A DNA stretch of 42,734 nucleotides from Cyanophora paradoxa CCMP329 (taxonomy: Eukaryota; Plantae; Glaucophyta): assembly GCA_004431415.1 (NCBI GenBank), contig QPMI01000456.1, forward strand, positions 1-42,734, given 5' to 3'. This document shows positions 13,096 through 25,455 of this stretch, piece by piece. Each line of letters begins with the position of its first letter. Position 1 is the first letter of the stretch. The translations under genes and the position numbers were made by a program. The notes beneath the pieces were generated by a model that was given only the letters and a program-made list of their open reading frames with translations, was not told the DNA's origin and ran no database searches.

Positions 13096-15588
13096 CCGCG
13101 GTACCCCCCAGGGCGCCAGGCCAGTCTTCAGGCAAACACTGCGGCAAACGGGCTGTTCCGGTTGAGCCTCCTAGGCAAGACTTGACCGGCGTCCTAGGAC
13201 CCGAACAAATAGCCACCACCGGCGAAGCGACAGCCCCGGTAAAGTCCAAGTCCGCCGCCTGTGTTCAGCATCCGGAAAACAGCCTGAGTCATCATCGCGA
13301 ATCGCCGAGTCGATGGCCAGGTCCCGGGTCGACGTCGGTGACGGTCGGTCCGACGGTCACGAAAAAAATGCCCGCGCACGAGGGTGGTTGGAGCCTACTT
13401 AGAGGCTTGGAGCCTTGTTGGAGCGTTGGAGCCTAGTTGGAGGGCAATGGAGGCTGGCCTCTTCGAATTCCAACTTACAAGTTCATGCAGAAAAAACGCG
13501 AAGTACCGCCGAAACTTGCAAGTTGCATGAAAAAAAACGCGAAGTACTGCAAAAAAAACAATTGCATGCGCAAACTCCAATGTTACGGTGTTACCCCAAT
13601 GTAACCCCATGCGCATGCATGGCGCGGGCGCCGGGCCGGCGCCGCCCGGCGGGGCCGCCGCCGGCCCCGCCGCCGGGCGCCGGGCGCCGCCGGCGGGCGG
13701 CCTACTAGTACTAGGCTAGCCTACAGCTGCCTATAGCTATTAGCTACTAGTAGCCTACTACCGCGGGCCCGGCCCGCGGCGCGCCGGCGGCCCGGCGGCG
13801 CCCGGCGCCGGCGCGGCGGCGCCAGGCGGGCCTGTGAGCGGCAGTCACTGAGTGAGCCTGGCCCTGACTCCTGAGAGTCCATGATGCTGAGACAACCCAG
13901 GTCGACGTCACTGTCACCGTGGCACCGCCGAGTCGGCGCCGACTCACCGGTACCCATGGCCAGCCTCCCAGGCCGAGCCACTGATCCCCGGCCGGGCCGC
14001 CGAGCGCGCGAGCCGAGCGCGCGGCCGAACGCGTCGCTGCGCGCTCGCCTTTCAAGCTTGAATCTCTGCGCGCTCTCACTTCCGAAGCTCAGCGGCTAGT
14101 TCTGTGCGCTTCTATCCGACGCAGCCGGGCCGCGCGCCCGCCTCGAGCTCACAGTCCACGCCGCGGCGCACGTATATACTCCACCGACGATATATATACT
14201 CGAGCTCCACCGACGAGATGGGCCGCCGTGGTCCTCCCCCGGCTATATATGTTCCGTGCGCGGGCCCCGCCTGGTTCCCTGTCTGTTGCTTGCATGAATT
14301 GTTAACGTTGCTTCAAGGCTTGCTGACTGCCTGGGGATCCGGAAGATGTCTACTGCTACACGCTAGTTTAACACATCTGGAAATCGCAATAACTAGCGAT
14401 CGTGAGCGTTGAGTAGGCCGAGGCGGAGCTCGCCATGGACGGATTCGGGTTCCTGGCCCCATCGCATCTAATTGCGGATTGATTGCAGGTTTAACTTTAC
14501 ATCGTTACTCGGATTCCGACCGCAGAGCTCAAGATCGCATATCCTGCATGCTGGCCTCGCTGCAGCGGGTATGGTCGAGCTGTCTTTCAAGTTTCGACAA
14601 CTTCGTGAAGAAAGTTTTCCGGTGCGCATTGAAATAGCAATGAAAGCCTCGTGTTGCGCACATCCTCGAGCAGCTGCAGGCAGCTGGGGGTGTTCTCGTC
14701 ATTCCTTCCCGGGTTCCACCTGAGCTCAAGAATGCCGCACCGGAAGGGGCAGCCTAGTGGCAGGTTGGACGACAGCTCGCAGCTCTTGATGCTCCTGCTG
14801 CGGACGACAGCTCGCAGCTCTTGTCAAAAATTGCGTCTTTGGACCGGATTGCCCTCATTTAAATTTCCATTTGCAACGAACTTCGGAACGAGCTCCCTAA
14901 CTAACCTAAGGAATATTCAATGCGGTATGGCTAGCTATTGGCCAAGACGCTGTGGTTGCCGCGACTTGATGTTTATGATTGGCTATGGGGGCGAGTGAAT
15001 CCAGATCTGGTGCCCCACCGGTATCTCTTATTGCTTGCAATTGCGTATGCACGGTCTCCGCTTTCTCTCCCTCTCGAGGCCAGACGTGCTCTCTCATGCA
15101 TATGATCGTGGCTTCCACTGGGAGCCAGGAATTAAGTTTACCACATGGTAAACTTGCAACTTCACTCACTTAGGGCTGACTTTACCACACCTGTCTTTAC
15201 CCCACCTAGGAAAGCCGCGCGGGGGAGCACTGCTGCCGTGCTAAATGTGCTTAGCTAGGCATAAGTGCATGGGATCCATTGAGCGCCGATGGCCCGGTAG
15301 CTTCTGTGGTCCGTCGTGGATGCGAGCACAACTCGTCAAGAGAGCGACGCATGCGGGCTGCCTTGACTGGTTCAAGTGTTCTAAAAGGTCGTTTAGAGAC
15401 GATTTGCAGCTTTTAAGGGGAGGTTGTTGGGCGGCCCGACCTCGGCCAACTTCACCCAGGCCCGACCATTATGAGCTGGGGCGCAGCGCACAGCGCTTTG
15501 AATGCGGTAAGCATTGATTTCAGCTACGTTACAACCGAAGTACGGCTGCCACATCGGTGCTCTTGAGACCGATGGCTGCCAATGGTTG

Positions 15589-15996
15589 CGTACCGAACGC
15601 TCAGACCGAGCGCCGCCGAGGTAGCCGGCGGTGCTAACGCCTCTAGCTAGCTAGATCGCGTGCTCTAGCTAGTTCTCCGACCGCCGGGTGCCGCCGTTGG
15701 AGCCTTGCTGGTGCGGTGGTCGGACGGGTACCCCCTGCGAGTAGTTCCCCCGGGCAAAGTCGCCGGGGCAAAGTCGCCGGGGCAAACTTGCCGGGGCGAA
15801 GTCGCGGTTTCCGGAGCGCAGGATCTGGAGCTGTGTTCTGCTAGCGTCCAAGTGCTGTCGGCGTGGCAAGCGGTCAAAGTGCTGTCGGCGTGGAAGCGTG
15901 GCACGTGGCGCTCGAAAAGGTGCGCCGGAGGCCTTCTTTCCGCACCCATAGCGGCCTTGCGCGTGCGTCCGTGCGGCCTCCCTTGACAGGAGCGTC
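15589..15996. repeat. ~400-bp host repeat module, copy A (copy B 18267-18691, partial copy C ~21862-22180)
   Basis: Shared GGCAAAGTCGCCGGG mini-repeats, AAGTGCTGTCGGCGTGG x2 and GGCCTCCCTTGACAG. Confidence 0.9.
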
Positions 15997-16174
15997 TCTC
16001 GCGCGGGCAGCTCCGACAGCGGAGTAGGCAGTCGGCTGCTTCTTCAGGCGCGGCGGTCTCGGCGATCGCTACTGCGATGTCGGCGGAGCCAAACCGCTCC
16101 GTCGAGGTGAGCGTTTTCGCGGACTTGCGGTACTACCCGTGGGGCATCCAGGACCCTGAAGAGACGCAAGGTAC

Positions 16175-16414
16175 TTGTCGCTTTTGCGACCAGGATGCCA
16201 TACCATAGAAAACCCCTGTGCAGTTCCTGTGCGAGGCATGGCTGTGCGATTCACGATCAATGTTTCGGAGTCGTGGCCGGAAGCGTTAGTGGCCGATGTG
16301 TGCCGTGAGTATTTCGTGCCCAAATCCAATGTAGCGCTGTATTGGTACAACCCAGAAACCAATGGATTCGAGCGGCCGGTGCGAAAGTTCCTTGCGTCTG
16401 ACGATGATTTCTGA
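16175..16414 (+). pseudogene. Small repeated gene family, copy 1 (ALYWYNP..F family)
   Basis: 'VRFTINVSESWPEALVADVCREYFVPKSNVALYWYNPETNGFERPVRKFLASDDDF*'; upstream part is disrupted. Confidence 0.5.
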
Positions 16415-16679
16415 TGCGGCTTCCGCGAATTCACGCGTGCGCGTGCATGCGCACAGACATCGAAACCACAGGGACCATCTCCAGGCGATCTCTTCTACCT
16501 CACGGGCGACCAATTTCCGCCGGGAGCGGAGCCCGCACGATACCTGGCAAGATTGGCCGCCCGTTTCTCAAAGGCACCAGCGACGGCAGCGACGCAGAAC
16601 AGCGATGCTCTAGATATAACTTCGCTCGTGCCGCCACCGCTCGACACGCGCGGACTCCTTTGTCTGCGCGCGACGCCAC

Positions 16680-16986
16680 CAGTCGAGAATATTAATGAAG
16701 GAAACAGCTCCGTAGCGGTGCATGTTGTAGCGGACGATTGGAGAATTATGTCAGGTGCCCATTTATCCCGTTTCAGAGACATTTCTTACAGAATTAATGG
16801 GCCTGTGCAGATCTTGTGCAAGTCAATGATCCGGATTCGGGGTCGTGGCCGGACGCGCTGCTGGCGCGGGCGTGCAGCGAGTTTCTCGTACCGAAAAACA
16901 ATGTAGCGCTGTATTGGTTCAACCCAGAAACCAGTGGATTCGAGCGGCCGGTGCAAGCTTTCTTTGCGTCTGACGATGATTTCTGA
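16680..16986 (+). pseudogene. Small repeated gene family, copy 2
   Basis: 'SSVAVHVVADDWR...GPVQI', then in another frame 'SWPDALLARACSEFLVPKNNVALYWFNPETSGFERPVQAFFASDDDF*'. Confidence 0.5.
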
Positions 16987-17696
16987 TGCGGCTTCCGGAT
17001 CCGCGAATTCACGCGTGCGCGTGCATGTGCACAGACATCGAAACCTCAGGGACCATCACCGGGTGATTTCTTCTACCTCGCGGGCGACCAGTTCCCGCGG
17101 GGATCCGGAGAACGAGCGCAGGCCTCGAACTACCTGTCGCGAATGCGAGCCATGATTGCTCTGGAAAACATCCGCTCAATGGCGACGTATAGTGCTAGCT
17201 AGCTTCATTATTCCTGATGCACTACGCGTACGGCGCCGGCTTCGTCTCGAATACGAATTCGACCAGCATGTATATTCTCTAGTGGTTTTCGCATACATGG
17301 CTCTCTAGAGAATTCGAACTCTTCGATTTATGCGACCGCTAGCGCTCCGCGGCAGCGTTGTCCCAAGGCCGATACGCTCATTTGCGGCAAAGGATTCGAA
17401 TTAAGAAAAATACAGCAATCTCTGCGCAGACGAATTCGAATCTCTGTTCCGCTCAGCGGCTAGCTATAGCGTGCATGGCGCCGGCGGCCACGACTTCGAA
17501 TAAGATGCAGCTGTCGGGCCGCTAGGGGCCTTGAAACGGGCAATAGCTAGGATCCGAAAACGGTCGCCAGGAAGGGCGCGTGCTCGACTTCTGGGATCAC
17601 CGAATCCCTCGCGACGTAGTACAGATCATCCGGGGATGGCCCTGGACTCGACCTCTGTGCACGCGCAAGCGTGAATTCGCGAATGCCGCATCATGA

Positions 17697-18196
17697 TCAG
17701 AAATCGAGGGAAGACGGAAAGATATCTTGCACCGGCTCGAAGTACTCGGCAAAGAACTCGAGGTAAATGAAGCACCGACTTGCTGGGTCGTATCGATACA
17801 TCATCAGCGCATCAGGGTGCGCGTGGTATGTGCTGCGGACGAGTTCACGGTACGCAGCCTCCAGAAGATCTGTCTGCCACGTCTCTGAAACATAGATCTT
17901 CAATCTAACAGGCCCTGCGCTGTTTAGATTAGGGCACAAGCTTAAGGCATCGATGCAACCGTGGTCGCACCTGTCATATCAGTGATGCCCACCGGAAGGG
18001 GCCGGCAGTCCCCGAGAACGCGCACCTCGACAGAGCTGCCCGCGTTCTCGAGCCGCGATCGCGGCGCGTACAGAGCAATCAGCGCTTCCGACTCGGCGAC
18101 CTGCTCTTCTGTTGGCTCTGGTACTGGTGGCGCCGACCGCGGCTTCCGTGAAGTAACGAGCTGTTTTCGAATACGTTTTCCCCATGCGGTAAGCAT
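17697..18196 (-). CDS. Small repeated gene family, copy 3 (frameshifted)
   Basis: ORFs 17942-18196 and 17697-17939: 'ALYAPRSRLENAGSSVEVRVLGDCRP...GPVRLKIYVSETWQTDLL...YRYDPASRCF...PVQDIFPSSLDF'. Confidence 0.55.
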
Positions 18197-20056
18197 CGAT
18201 CTCAGCTACTTTACAAACGAACTACGAGCGCCAAGTTGGTGGTCTCGAGCTCGAGACCGATGGCCGCGTACCGAACGCTCAGACCGAGCGCCGCCGAGGT
18301 AGCCGGCGGTGCTAAAGCCTCTAGCTAGCTAGATCGCGTGCTCTAGCTAGTTCTCCGACCGCCGGGTGCCGCCGTTGGAGCCTTGCTAGTGTGGTGGTCG
18401 GACGGGTACCCCCCTGCGCGTAGTTCCCCCCGGGCAAAGTCGCCGGGGCAAAGTCGCCGGGGCAAACTTGCCGGGGCGAAGTCGCGGTTTCCGGAGCGCC
18501 GGATCTGGAGCTGTGTTCTGCTAGCGTCCGAAGTGCTGTCGGCGTGGCAAGCGGTCAAAGTGCTGTCGGCGTGGAAGCGTGGCACGTGGCGCTCGAAAAG
18601 GTGCGCCGGATGCCTTCTTTCCGCATCCATGGCCATGGCGGGGTTAAGCTGCGCGTGCGTCCGTGCGGCCTCCCTTGACAGATGCGTCTCTCAGGGATGG
18701 ATGCACACGAGGAGACGAAACGCGAGTTCGAAGAGAGCGGCCAGGAGCGTGCGGAGAAACGCCAGCTGGAGACTTTCCAAGACGCCGGGGCGAACTTTCC
18801 GGAGCGAAGTCGCATGAGCGCTATTAAGCGCCCGCGTGCCGGAGATGCGTATGATGCGAAGGACGCAAAGGATGAAGTACGCGCGGTCACACTTCATATC
18901 GCTACATCCAGCGTGCGTCTGCTCGCTCGCGCTTCGAATTCTTTGCTCGCTCGGCCACAAATTTAAACCACGCGCGCAGGAGATGCCCGTGGTCACTCTC
19001 GAAATCTCCAGCCCCGCCTGCATCGTCGTGCGGCCCGCCCGCCGGCGCCCTCTTGCTCGTTTTCTCAGACCAGCCGGCTTGCCATTGGCACAGGACCCGG
19101 AGCAGAGCACCTTCAAGCCCAAGCAGCGGCTGCCGGCAGAGGGCTGGCCATCATCGAGGCCACCCTGCGTGCCCACCAGCCCCGCACGGTCGCATTGCGG
19201 CTTGAGAAGTGCGCGCGGCTCCGAGCGCCGCCTCGTGCACTAAGTGCAGCCCGCAGCGCCCGCCTCGAGGACATTCCGGCATCGCTGCAGGATATCCTCG
19301 TCGAGAAGGTTGCGCACATCCACCTCGTCGGCGAGACCACGCTGCACCCGTTCCCAGAGGAGAACGCAGAGTCGGCCCTCGTCTATGCTACTATGTCGGA
19401 CCTTCGCAAGCGTGGGCTGCTCACGATGACCATGTCGCCCGAGGTGCGGCACGGCCATGGCCAGCTAGCGCCCTCCCTTTCCTCGACCCCGCCCATCTGC
19501 AACCCAGGTACCCTGGCTCGTGGACCCCCTCAAGTTCGTTTGCGGCGAGTTGCCACCCTACAACAAGATTTTCCAACGGTTTAACACCTTCATGGAGCAC
19601 ATCTACGGCCCCTTCCTGTGAAATCAATCAGGGCAGGCACTCGTTATGCACTACGGCGCCGACATGTAATGCGCTACCTCAGTAGCTCTGAAACCCTGAC
19701 TTCAATTAAATAGTGCACGCCTCCGCCTCGCCTATCGCCGGAGTCGACATTAGCAGTTGACGACGCTCAAATGGCAGGCGCGCGCTTTAGGCGAGAAAGC
19801 GCCATCGCTGAGCTACATGAAGCTCTCCACGCGTACATTCATGGGTTGCCGCTGCCCACAAGGGAGCCGACAAGTCGACAACCGGCATCTTCGATGACAG
19901 GTGCATGCACATGCAGTTTTGCGGTCAAACCAGAATTGAGGAGAAACAGATCAAAAACCAAACCAGAACCAAGCTCGCCAAGATGTTCGAACCAGGGTGA
20001 AAGTGTCCAAATGGATTCCTGGTGCGAGGGTATCCGGGATTAGCTATGTGTCACTT

Positions 20057-20288
20057 GCAGTGATGTGTTCGGCATCGATACCGGTATATTCGGATCCAGG
20101 GTATTGATTGAGTTTCCAGCTCAATCGCGAGCGTCTGCAGCTGGCATGGCTTATGTGAAGGCAGCACAGAAAACCCATCGTGACATTCTTGTGCATGGTA
20201 CACTCAAGATCTAAATATCGCGCGCAGTGATGTGTTCGGCATCGATACCGGTATATTCGGATCCAGGGTATTGATTGAGTTTCCAGCT
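20057..20288. repeat. 65-bp direct repeat pair (20057-20121, 20224-20288)
   Basis: GCAGTGATGTGTTCGGCATCGATACCGGTATATTCGGATCCAGGGTATTGATTGAGTTTCCAGCT occurs twice. Confidence 0.9.
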
Positions 20289-21334
20289 AAATCGTGCGCA
20301 CACATACATATGTTATTGAGTCCGTTCTGCTAATCCTTATAATCTCTGCGAAATGCACTTGCAGTTTGCGAAATGCGAGAGCGCAATCCCAAGTTCTTCG
20401 AGAGCCTTGAAACAAAGTAGTTTGAATTACACAGCTCTCTCGTCAAGAACTGCTCCACGTGCACCAGCACAAGACGAGAAGCACATGTTGGTGTCGCATG
20501 CAGGTAAAAACCATTGCACGTTAATCAACACATGAATTAATTGAATGTATACGCAGGGTTTCTATTCGCTGTTCCCTCTTATGCAGTACGTACACTACAG
20601 GAATCTCGATAAATATAGCCAGCGAACAGATCTAGAGCGAAGCTTACAGACGGTATATCTTTCCAATAGACTATTACCATCCGGACTTAAGCATTTCCTT
20701 GCCTCCCCAAAACTCTATTGCTAGAATAGTTATAGCAATCAGAAGGTCAGGTACATATGCACGCAGACATGCAGCTTGTTAAAGATCGGCCGCGGAGGTA
20801 AGGCTCCTAGGAAACGGTACAGGTAGAATTTGTAATGTAGAACTTAGGTAAGGCTTGGTAGCCCGAGTGTATACGTAGTGGTATCCTGTTCGTGTCGTAG
20901 ATTTGTTGTGTAATATGATGTGTTAAATATATTTGAATCGTTGTGTAAAGTTTCGGATTTCCAAAATTCGTGCTGCACTACGGCGCCGGCTTCGACTTGG
21001 ATCCGAGACGAATGCGACCAGCATGACTACTATATAGTTCACGTCTCCTGCTACTCAGAATTCGAATTCGAGAAAACAATACAGCAATCTCTGTGCAGAA
21101 GAATCTGTGTTTGGCTAGTGCGCATGGCGTCGGCGACCACGAATAAGATGCAGCTGCGGACCCGTACTAGGTCCTAGGGATTTGCACTGGCTAGGATCCG
21201 GAAACGGTCGCCAGGAAGGGCACGTGCTCGATTTTCGGGACCACCTCATGCCTCGCGACGTAGAACAAATCATCCGGGAATGGCCCTGTACTCGACGCCT
21301 GTGCACATGCACGCGTGAATTCGGGAATGCCGCA

Positions 21335-21820
21335 TCAGAAATCAAGGTAAGAAGCAAAGATCGCTTGCACCGGCGGCTCGAAGCAACGGCTTTCTGGATC
21401 GTACCAATAGAGCGCAAGCCCGCTAACATTGCCTACAGAGTTGCATTCGCAGTCCAGGTCGAAGTAAGCCTGGATCAGAAGGTCTGTCTGCCACGACATA
21501 GAAACATCTATCCTGACGCGCACTGGCCCTGCCTGTTGAGATCAGGGCACACAATCAGGGGCAACGATGCCGGGTTGCAATTGCACGTGTGCACCCGTCT
21601 TTTCAGTGACGCGTAGCGGGGAAGGCCGGCAGTCACCGAGAACCCGCACCTCGACTGAGCTGCCCCCGTGCACGAGCCGCGGTCGTGGCGCGTATAGAGC
21701 AATCAGCACTTCCGACTCTGCGATCTGCTCTGCTGTCGGCGGCATGCGCAGCTGTCCCGCTGTCACTCCTGACTTCCTTGCAGCTTTGGTAGCGAGCTGT
21801 TTTCGAGGTACTTTCTGCAT
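21335..21820 (-). CDS. Small repeated gene family, copy 4 (frameshifted)
   Basis: ORFs 21542-21820 and 21335-21523 are paralogous to copy 3; ~20970-22290 duplicates ~17220-18780. Confidence 0.55.
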
Positions 21821-22293
21821 TCTGGAACGCAGTCCGACAGCGAGCGAACGAGCGCCGCCGTCTTTGGAGCCTTGCTGGTGCGTGGTCGAACGAGTACCCC
21901 CGGCAGGAAGTTCCCCCCGGGCAAAGCCGCCGGGGCAAAGTCGCCGGGCAAAGTCGCCGGAGCACTGTCGCGGTTTCCGGAGCGCCGGATCTGGAGCTGT
22001 GTTCTGCTAGCGTCCGAAGTGCTGTCGGCGGGGCAAGCGGTCAAAGTGCTGTCGGCGTGGAAGCGTGGCACGTGGCGCTCGAAAAGGTGCGCCGGATGCC
22101 TTCTTTCCGCATGCGCACCCATATATAGCGGCCTTGCGCGTGCGTCCGTGCGGCCTCCCTTGACAGTAGCGTCTCTCAGGGATGAATGCACACGAGGAGA
22201 CGAAACGCAAACTCGAAGAGAGCGAACAGGAGGTTGATTATGAGCTTGAGACGGAGGAAAGCGGCCCGGCGCGTGCGGAGAAACGTGCGCGAG

Positions 22294-22576
22294 ACACATA
22301 GTAAAATGCGGAGTTTTAACCCTCGGCTTAATCTTAATTGATTTTGTTGATATATCTCGTATATTCTATTTCAATCAATCGATAATCTGTGTATATCTTA
22401 TCGAATATTCAATTATTTCGATTATTTTGTATTCTTTTCGATATTTTATCGTAAATTTCTCTTATTTTCCGATTAGTCTTACTGAGTTAATCGATAATCT
22501 GTATATATTCCGAATAATATAACTGAATCTCAATTAGATCTTGCCTCTGGTTAAAACTCCGCATTTTACTATGTGT
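22294..22576. repeat. Terminal fold-back with 28-bp perfect inverted repeat arms
   Basis: ACACATAGTAAAATGCGGAGTTTTAACC (22294-22321) / GGTTAAAACTCCGCATTTTACTATGTGT (22549-22576). Confidence 0.9.
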
Positions 22577-22830
22577 GATTGGTCTAAAAGTTAATTGATT
22601 TAATCGATATTATATTCATGTACTTTCTCGATTAAATTTAATTAAATTTAAATTCATTTAATCGGAAATATATCGCTTAACTCGATTAAGATCCATATTA
22701 GATTCATTTGTTTAATAAAACAAATAGATCTCTTATTGAATCCAATCGTAATTATACATGAAACTTATATGATTTTATCATTGTTTTATTGAGTCTAAGG
22801 GGGACCCTTAGGAATTTAATGAATAATTGG

Positions 22831-22921
22831 GTGTCACAGGTGTCACAGGTCCATCCCATCGAAAGGGAAAATCACTCTTTATAGGGCTTGAGCTGGGATA
22901 AACCTGTGACACCTGTGACAC
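22831..22921. promoter_or_regulatory. Inverted iteron element 1 (candidate origin/protein-binding site)
   Basis: GTGTCACAGGTGTCACAGGT ... ACCTGTGACACCTGTGACAC, a 20-bp perfect IR built of 9-bp TGTCACAGG repeats. Confidence 0.6.
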
Positions 22922-24093
22922 ATACCATATTCAGTAAGGACCTCTTATATTGTGAAAATCTCAGTGTTAGTTGGTGTAGTTGATTCAAAAAATGCATTTT
23001 ATACTCTGATTCATTGTTATTTCCTGTGAAATTTGAGTCAACTCAACCACTTAGTCAACCCTTGCATTGAATTCGTAACAAAATCCATATACTATTACTA
23101 CTTTTACGATTAATATGAGTCAACCTTGAGTCCACTTTAATATAAATATTATATAATAGGGGAATCAAGGGAGATGCTTACTAAATGCAGTGTTAGATTG
23201 ATGGGATCATAGATGGGATCACAGTTATCGAAGCAATATAATATAGTTGAATATTCGATATCATAAGTTGATCGAAACGATAAGTATATGGTTATAAATC
23301 GCGATTTTTGAGTTATAATCGAATTTAATCGAATTAATTTTGAATTTCAAAACTCGCTTTAATCGTAATAGCGATCTATACACATTGAGATTCGTATATG
23401 TGATTGCAAGTTATTGTTATGTATGATATATGTGATTATATTCGACCGTCAGTGCATCGATTTGATAACTTGCTAGTGATCTATATTAAAAACTCACGTT
23501 TAATGGATTTTAATCGAATTTATAATCAAAATTCAAAATCGGTTTCATCGCGATTTGGAGTTACAGTTAGTGAAATTCCGATATGGCTCATAAGCGCTGT
23601 GACCGCCTTGAAATGCTCGATTTTATGACGTTTTAAGCGCATCGATTTGATAAGTTGGTGTTGAGATATCGTAGCAAACGTTAATATTGATTTTCTAGAC
23701 GGGTACAGCATTAATCTAGAAAAAACCGCGTTTTTTTTTTACTTTTCAAGTTTCACGGCGAACGAAGTAAAGGTTCCCGAGCGGATTTGAACCGCGTAGT
23801 TTTGAGTCAGAAATCAAGCTCTCTATTCTCTGAGCCAAAAACGGCTTACCACCAAGTCGACTCCTGGGCTAGTGTTTCACCAAGTCTACTATGGCAAGTG
23901 ACTTTTGCATCTTCAAACTGTTATATCTCATCACCAGATCATCAAAACGCAACGTTCTGCATATCGCTGTGAAGCGCTTGATAAGATCTACAAGACTATG
24001 TGTATATCATGTGCATATATGTATATCAGTCATACATATATTTGGAAAAAACGAGTTTTTGCCTAGCAAACTAGCTAGTTTTGGTCCTTTCTC

Positions 24094-25452
24094 TTAGTGT
24101 TCTCTGAGGTTTAGGGCTGTATATGACTCCTTAGTAGTCTGAAAGTCATTATACCATCTCTGGCTATTAACCTCAGAAAGTTTCTGTGTCCCTGCTATAG
24201 TGAGCTTTTTGAGTTCCCTGTTAACTTTCCCAGCCTTCTCCTTTCTAGCCTCTATCAAAGGCTTATCTGGGACTTCATTAGCAGCTTCTATGCCTTCTCT
24301 CCTTATAGCAGCATCAGCCCTGGCTTCCTCTTTAGCTTGCTCCAAGGCATCCACTGTAGGGTTTCTAGATATTCAACTGCATTCACAGGCAACAGCTCAT
24401 GGAAAGCAAACCTGTTTTCTATGATCTCACCAGTGGGACTCCTTAGCTTAAACTTAAAGCCTTCCCTACTATCAACAGTGTAAACCATCCTAGACCAATT
24501 GTTACCCTGTTTAGCAAAGGGGTTCTTCTCAACTTTCACTCTAACAAACATGCCAGGCTGCATGGTATCAAGGTAAGCTATTGATTTCTTGAATCTTTCA
24601 TCTTCTAATCCCACTATATACCTATAATGCTCCTCTGTAGTTTCGCCTGGCTTCATCTTAGTAGCTGAGTGAACTGTATTATTGTAATTATACTCAATAT
24701 CACCTAACACATCAAAGAATCTAGCTGTGTTATTAGCTATGCAATAGTTTGTGATCAGTCTCTTAATCTGCTTGTTAAAGGCTTCAATTCGACCTTGGCT
24801 TCTATGGTCAGCAGTTCCACTCACTTGGTGTTCTATGAATTTACTAGATAAATACTCCTGGAATATTCGATTTTGGAATTCACTCCCAGCATCTGATTGA
24901 ACTTTTACTATGGGTCTTGCCACTCTCATTTCAAGCTGTTTAAATGCAGCTAATGTAGTGAGAGCTGATTTATCCCTTATAGGTATGATATACCCAGTTC
25001 TCAGTGTAGATTCATTGCAGTCATAAAGGTATCATAGCCATTGTTTTGTTTCTTATAAGCTGGGAAAAAGAGCAAATCAATCACATAGGTATCAAGGGGT
25101 TGCCTAATTGGGACCATGGGATCTCTCTTCCTAGATATAGCAGGTGCATTGATCTGAACAACTTCTTGTTTTTTATAGAACTCTTGCAACTGCTTATAGG
25201 ATTCATCAGGTAACTCAGCCCTCATAGCTTGAAGCCCTTTGTAACCAGTTCTCACATCATAGAATCTCTTGGCAATCTTGCTGGTTTCTTTCACTGCAAT
25301 AGCAACTGGGATCTCTACTGGGACAAGCTCTTTCATCTCTGACTTTTTTACAATTCGAGATTCTCCTTTTCCTCCTTGGGAACTGTGATAGGCAGTAGGT
25401 TACCTTGTAGTTGCTCAGTGGTTCTCCTAACTATTCTTCCAGTTGCTGGCAT
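24094..25452 (-). CDS. Retroviral-type (rve, DDE) integrase, Polinton class; frameshifted
   Basis: 'FYDVRTGYKG', 'YVIDLLFF..NNGY' (D1), 'VQSDAGSEF' (D2), 'SQGRIEAFNKQIK' (E), 'YNNTVHSATKMKP'; spans ORFs 25001-25336, 24303-24929 and 24094-24354. Confidence 0.92.
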
Positions 25453-25455
25453 CTC

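Noticed and set aside
22294-22576. Independent MITE (CAC...GTG ends)
   Set aside because: No TSD; composition matches the virus and it sits exactly at the GC/AT boundary; not fully excluded
22600-24090. Short ORFs in the left terminal region
   Set aside because: AT-rich, TCGA-repetitive, no motifs; probably non-coding TIR
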